Assembly: GCA_045536565.1 (NCBI GenBank)
Contig: JAZSNU010000020.1
Span: 64,001 to 128,000, forward strand
Direction: 5' to 3'
From: Clostridia bacterium
GTDB lineage: Bacteria; Bacillota; Clostridia; TANB77; CAG-465
DNA: 64,000 bases
Shown: in pieces, positions 59,837 to 64,000 of the stretch
Layout: each line of letters starts with the position of its first letter
Position numbering within the stretch: the stretch's first letter is position 1
Made by a program: the position numbers and the translations under genes
Notes under the pieces: generated by a model
The model's database searches: none
Told to the model about the DNA's origin: nothing
The model's input: the letters and a program-made list of their open reading frames with translations, nothing else

Positions 59837-60247
59837 ATGAATAAATTTCAATTTTTAGGGAGATTAACAAAAGATCCAGAGGTAAGATACACTGCAAATA
59901 CAAATTCGCAAGTGACAGCATTTTCAATAGCGGTTAATAGAAGATTTGTATCTCAAAATGGTGAGAGACAAACTGATTTCTTTAACTTAACAGCATTTGG
60001 AAAAACAGCTGAATTTTGTTCTAAATATTTTAAAAAAGGACAACAAGTACTTGTTGAAGGAAGAATACAAAATAGAACATGGGAAGATCAAAATGGTCAA
60101 AAAAGATATGCAACTGATTTTATAATCGAAAATGCATATTTTGCTGATAGCAGAAGAGATGGAGCAGGAGATGCTTTTGAAATGCCAGCAATGAATGATT
60201 CTTCGGATTTTGTAACAGTAGATGACAGTGAAGACCTACCTTTTTAA
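59837..60247 (+). CDS. ssb: Single-stranded DNA-binding protein
   Basis: GRLTKDPEVRYT, KGQQVLVEGRIQ, C-terminal DLPF. Confidence 0.97.
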   Translation: MNKFQFLGRLTKDPEVRYTANTNSQVTAFSIAVNRRFVSQNGERQTDFFNLTAFGKTAEFCSKYFKKGQQVLVEGRIQNRTWEDQNGQKRYATDFIIENAYFADSRRDGAGDAFEMPAMNDSSDFVTVDDSEDLPF

Positions 60248-60270
60248 TTAAAAGAAAGGAGTAGTATATT

Positions 60271-60531
60271 ATGGCAGATAATAGAAGAAAAGGTTCTAAC
60301 TCAAAAGACAAACCATTTAGAAGACCAAGAAAAAAAGTTTGTACTTTTTGCGTTGAAAAAATAGACGAAATTGATTACAAAGATGTAGAAAAATTAAAAA
60401 GATTTGTAAGTGATAAAGGTAAAATATTACCAAGAAGAGTAACTGGAACATGTGCTAAACACCAAAGAAAAGTTACAGAAGCAATAAAAAGAGCAAGAAC
60501 AGTAGCTTTATTACCATTTACAGTTGAATAA
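60271..60531 (+). CDS. rpsR: 30S ribosomal protein S18 (zinc-binding type)
   Basis: [28 protein letters not shown]. Confidence 0.98.
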   Translation: MADNRRKGSNSKDKPFRRPRKKVCTFCVEKIDEIDYKDVEKLKRFVSDKGKILPRRVTGTCAKHQRKVTEAIKRARTVALLPFTVE

Positions 60532-60540
60532 GAAAATATG

Positions 60541-60573
60541 AATGCATTTGCTATAAAGCAGGTGCATTTTTTT
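60541..60573 (+). terminator. Terminator after rpsR
   Basis: aatgcatttgct/agcaggtgcatt plus T tract. Confidence 0.8.
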
Positions 60574-60705
60574 ATATAGTTTATTTTTTCGTTTTGTAAA
60601 TTCTTAGTTTTTTGTCATTCCAAACCTATTATATATTCGTTGACAAAATATACAAAAAGTAGTAGAATATATTCGTAAAATTATATTCTGCAAAGGAGAA
60701 TATTT

Positions 60706-62691
60706 ATGGCAAGTCCGAAACAAAAAAATATTAGGAAAAAATATAAGTTAAATACATACATAACAATGCCTATTACATATCTTACTATTTTAATTATATT
60801 TACACTAATTAATCATATATTAAAACCAACACCAGTAATTATAGATATAATAATGGTGCTTATAATGATAGCATATACAGTTTATGTTATATACTATGAA
60901 GTAGTAAATAAAAAAAGTAAATTAAATGAGCTTTCAAGCGCATTTAATAGGGCTATGGGAAATACCTTTAAAAACATTTCGCTTCCTGTGTTATATGTAA
61001 CAGAACAAGGTAAATTAATATGGGAAAATGACAGGGCAGAAGAAATATATGCAAAAGAATATATACCTGAAATATGGACTCATATAAACAAACAGTATGC
61101 AAAAAAAGATGGAATAGTAATTAACATAGAAAAAGATGAGTATGTAGTTTATCCTTCTGAAATATTTTTAGGTGGTAAATCAGGAAAAATATTAATATTT
61201 GTAGATAAAACAAGGGAAAAGGAATTAGAACAAATATTAGAAGATACAAGAGTAACAATTGGTATAGTATCAATTGATAATTATGAAGAATCATTCCAAG
61301 GTGCAGAAGAAATAGATAAATTGAATATTTTAGCGCAAATAGATAATGAACTTGTAAAGTGGATTACTTCATATAACGGAATGATAACAAAGATTGAAAA
61401 AGATAAATATATTTTTGTTATAGAAAAACAATATATAAAAACATTACAAGAAAATTCTTTTGAAATATTAGAAAAAGTAAATGATATTTCGGTAGATAAA
61501 TTAAAAGTACCAACAACTATAAGTATTGGTATATCACATGAAGAAGAAACATTATATGGTAGATATAAATCTTCAACTACTGCACTTGATGTTGCGTTAG
61601 GCAGAGGAGGAAATCAAGCTGTAATAAAGAACAATAAAAAATATGATATTTATGGAGAAGGCGCAAAAGCACTAGACAAGACAAACAGAGTAAGAGCAAG
61701 AATAATATCGCAGGCTTTAAAAGATTTAATAGAAAAATCAGAAGATGTATATATAATAGGTCATAAGAATACTGATATAGACTGCATAGGAGCAGCTATT
61801 GGTATATATAGAATATGTAAACATTTAAACAAAGAAGCACATATTATAGTGGATGCCAAGTATAACAATAGCACAAGACTTGTAATAGATAGATTGCAAG
61901 CAGATGGTGACTATGAAGATGTATTCTTAACAAAAGAAGATCTTAAAAAGTTAGATTTTGAAAATAGCCTGCTTGTTGTGGTAGATACTCATAAGGAAAG
62001 TTATTTGGCAGTACCCGATATTGCAAGTGAGTTTGATAAAAAAGTTATAATTGACCATCATAGAAGAGGTCCAGAGTTTATAGAAGATTCTATACTTACA
62101 TATCATGAAGTATATGCATCATCGACATCTGAACTTGTAACTGAACTTTTAATGTATATAGAAGATATTCAGCTTACATCAAAAGAGGCAGAAGCAATTT
62201 ATGCTGGTATATTAGTTGATACTAAAAACTTTTCATTTAAAACAGGAGTAAGAACTTTTGAAGCAGCTGCATATTTAAGAAAAGTAGGACTTGATATTAC
62301 AGAAGTAAAACATATTTTTCAATCTGATTTTGAATCGTATGTTGCAAAGGTAGATACTGTTAAAAATGCAGAATTTATCGATTCTCAAATTGCAATATCT
62401 GTAGTAGCAGATGCCGGAAATGAAGATATGGCAATAATTGCTGCTCAATCAGCAGATGAACTATTATCAATAACAGGTATACTTGCTTCATTTGTTCTAT
62501 GTGAAATAGATGGTGTAGTAATGATATCTGGAAGATCGCTTGGAGATATAAATGTACAGGCTATATTGGAAAAAATGGGTGGTGGAGGTCATTTGACTTT
62601 TGCAGGTGCCCAAATGGCAGGGGTAACAATAGATGAGGCAAAAGAAAAACTATTAGAAGTAGTAAATGAGTATTTAGGAAAAGAAGAATAG
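60706..62691 (+). CDS. gdpP: c-di-AMP phosphodiesterase GdpP (YybT)
   Basis: 2 TM, degenerate GGDEF (ALGRGGNQA), DIDCIGAA, IDHHR, GGGGH; upstream of rplI-dnaB. Confidence 0.93.
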   Translation: MASPKQKNIRKKYKLNTYITMPITYLTILIIFTLINHILKPTPVIIDIIMVLIMIAYTVYVIYYEVVNKKSKLNELSSAFNRAMGNTFKNISLPVLYVTEQGKLIWENDRAEEIYAKEYIPEIWTHINKQYAKKDGIVINIEKDEYVVYPSEIFLGGKSGKILIFVDKTREKELEQILEDTRVTIGIVSIDNYEESFQGAEEIDKLNILAQIDNELVKWITSYNGMITKIEKDKYIFVIEKQYIKTLQENSFEILEKVNDISVDKLKVPTTISIGISHEEETLYGRYKSSTTALDVALGRGGNQAVIKNNKKYDIYGEGAKALDKTNRVRARIISQALKDLIEKSEDVYIIGHKNTDIDCIGAAIGIYRICKHLNKEAHIIVDAKYNNSTRLVIDRLQADGDYEDVFLTKEDLKKLDFENSLLVVVDTHKESYLAVPDIASEFDKKVIIDHHRRGPEFIEDSILTYHEVYASSTSELVTELLMYIEDIQLTSKEAEAIYAGILVDTKNFSFKTGVRTFEAAAYLRKVGLDITEVKHIFQSDFESYVAKVDTVKNAEFIDSQIAISVVADAGNEDMAIIAAQSADELLSITGILASFVLCEIDGVVMISGRSLGDINVQAILEKMGGGGHLTFAGAQMAGVTIDEAKEKLLEVVNEYLGKEE

Positions 62692-62710
62692 TAGAAAGGG
62701 GAATTCAGCT

Positions 62711-63157
62711 ATGAAAGTAATATTAAATCAAGATGTAAAAGGACTTGGGAAAAAACTAGATAAAGTAGAAGTAAATGAAGGATATGCTAGAAATTTTTTA
62801 CTTCCAAGAAAGATAGCAAGTATAGCTGATAACAAAACTGAGTCAGAAGCAAATTCAAAAAAACAAGCAATTCAGTTCAAAAAAGATACTGATAGAGAAA
62901 ATGCAGTTAAACTTAAAGAAAGAATAGAAAAATTAGTTTTAGAATTTAGATTAAAATTAGGTGAAGGAAATAAATTATTTGGAAGTGTTACAAACAAAGA
63001 AGTAAAAGAAAAGTTAATGGAAGTTGCAAAAATAGATATTGACAAAAAGAAAATAGAATTAGATACTGTTGTTAAAACACCAGGAATGTATAACGCAAAT
63101 ATAAAATTATACGAAGGAGTAATCGCTAAATTAAAAATAAAAGTAGTAGGAATATAG
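62711..63157 (+). CDS. rplI: 50S ribosomal protein L9
   Basis: MKVILNQDVKGLG, GYARNFLLP, KLFGSVT. Confidence 0.98.
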   Translation: MKVILNQDVKGLGKKLDKVEVNEGYARNFLLPRKIASIADNKTESEANSKKQAIQFKKDTDRENAVKLKERIEKLVLEFRLKLGEGNKLFGSVTNKEVKEKLMEVAKIDIDKKKIELDTVVKTPGMYNANIKLYEGVIAKLKIKVVGI

Positions 63158-63166
63158 GTGATTTAT

Positions 63167-64000
63167 ATGGAGAAAGAAGTAGTAAGTAAAATACCACCAA
63201 ATGACATTGTAGCTGAGCAGGCCGTATTAGGCTCAATGCTTGCTGATAAAGATGCAGTGGTAAAAGCAATAGAAATATTAAAACCAGATGATTTTTATAG
63301 AGAAGACCATAAAGAAATATACGCAGCGATGTTAGAACTTTATGGCCTTGGTGAACCAATTGACTTTTTAACATTAAGAAATTCTTTAACGCAAAGAGGT
63401 ACCTTAGAAAAAGTTGGTTCTGATATGTTCATATCTACACTTATAGATAGTGTACCTACTACTTCAAATATAGAATCATATGTAAAAATAGTTGAAGAAA
63501 AAGCAACTCTTCGTAGCCTTATAAAAGCGGCTAACGATATTCTTGCAATGGGATATGCTTCAACAGAAGAAGTAAATAGTATAATTGAAAAAACCGAAAA
63601 GAAAATATTTGATGTACTTCAAAATAGAAATTCAAGAGGATATGTTAGTATTAAAGATATCCTTGTTGATACATTCGATAACATTGAAAAATTATATAAG
63701 AAAAAATCAAAAGTGTCAGGTGTAGAATCTGGATTTACAGATTTGGACTTAAAGACTTCTGGACTTAATCCATCCGAGCTTATACTTGTAGCGGCTAGAC
63801 CTGCTATGGGTAAGAGTGCGTTCGTGCTTAACATAGCACACTATGTAGCAATGCATGGCAAAGTGCCTGTTATGATATTTAGTCTTGAAATGTCAAAAGA
63901 GCAAATGGTAAACAGAATACTATGCTCTGAGGCAGAAGTAGATAGTATGAAGGTAAGAACAGGTGATTTAGATAGTGAAGACTGGATAAAATTAGGTAAG
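63167..64000 (+). CDS. dnaB: Replicative DNA helicase (3'-truncated by window edge)
   Basis: Read directly: IPPNDIVAEQAVLGSML, SGFTDLD, LILVAARPAMGKS, FSLEMSKEQMVNR. Confidence 0.97.
   Translation, partial: MEKEVVSKIPPNDIVAEQAVLGSMLADKDAVVKAIEILKPDDFYREDHKEIYAAMLELYGLGEPIDFLTLRNSLTQRGTLEKVGSDMFISTLIDSVPTTSNIESYVKIVEEKATLRSLIKAANDILAMGYASTEEVNSIIEKTEKKIFDVLQNRNSRGYVSIKDILVDTFDNIEKLYKKKSKVSGVESGFTDLDLKTSGLNPSELILVAARPAMGKSAFVLNIAHYVAMHGKVPVMIFSLEMSKEQMVNRILCSEAEVDSMKVRTGDLDSEDWIKLGK

Noticed and set aside
471-63834. Many short antisense or overlapping ORFs in the six-frame track
   Set aside because: They are shadows of well-supported genes, with no SD and no recognisable motifs.
1-64000. CRISPR arrays, IS elements, rRNA, recoded stop codons
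   Set aside because: No regularly spaced repeats, transposase ORFs or rRNA-like segments were seen; known genes are full length under the standard code.

Overview
A 64-kb stretch of core chromosome from a very AT-rich Clostridia-type Firmicute (inferred from gene content, GGAGG Shine-Dalgarno sites and TTGACA/TATAAT promoters). It runs from the 3' end of rpoC to the 5' part of the replicative helicase. Most of it is housekeeping: typA, dut, htpX-lemA, rsmA, mltG, 4 tRNAs, dnaD/dnaC-like, gyrA, SRP RNA-dnaX-ybaB-recR, walRK-like, metG, holB, ppdK, ruvA, ftsEX, mecA, rpsF-ssb-rpsR, gdpP-rplI-dnaB. Textbook gene order is heavily shuffled. No integrase, transposase, CRISPR array or rRNA was seen. 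The most striking items are two compact envelope-machine operons embedded among core genes with no mobility genes. One is a minimal VirD4 / pilin / VirB6 / PrgI-like set (14.9-18.3 kb) lacking VirB4 and relaxase. The other is a Tad/Flp-like set (53.4-58.6 kb) lacking its ATPase. They may be parts of one domesticated DNA-transfer or contact apparatus. Other notable items are a MurL-MurD2 peptidoglycan epimerase pair, a YabE/RpfB-like protein with an SLT domain, a pseudo-receiver HD-GYP protein, a divergent adenylate kinase, a perfect WalR box, a four-hairpin leader and probable ATT/ATC start codons. All family calls come from motif recognition by eye; no searches were run.
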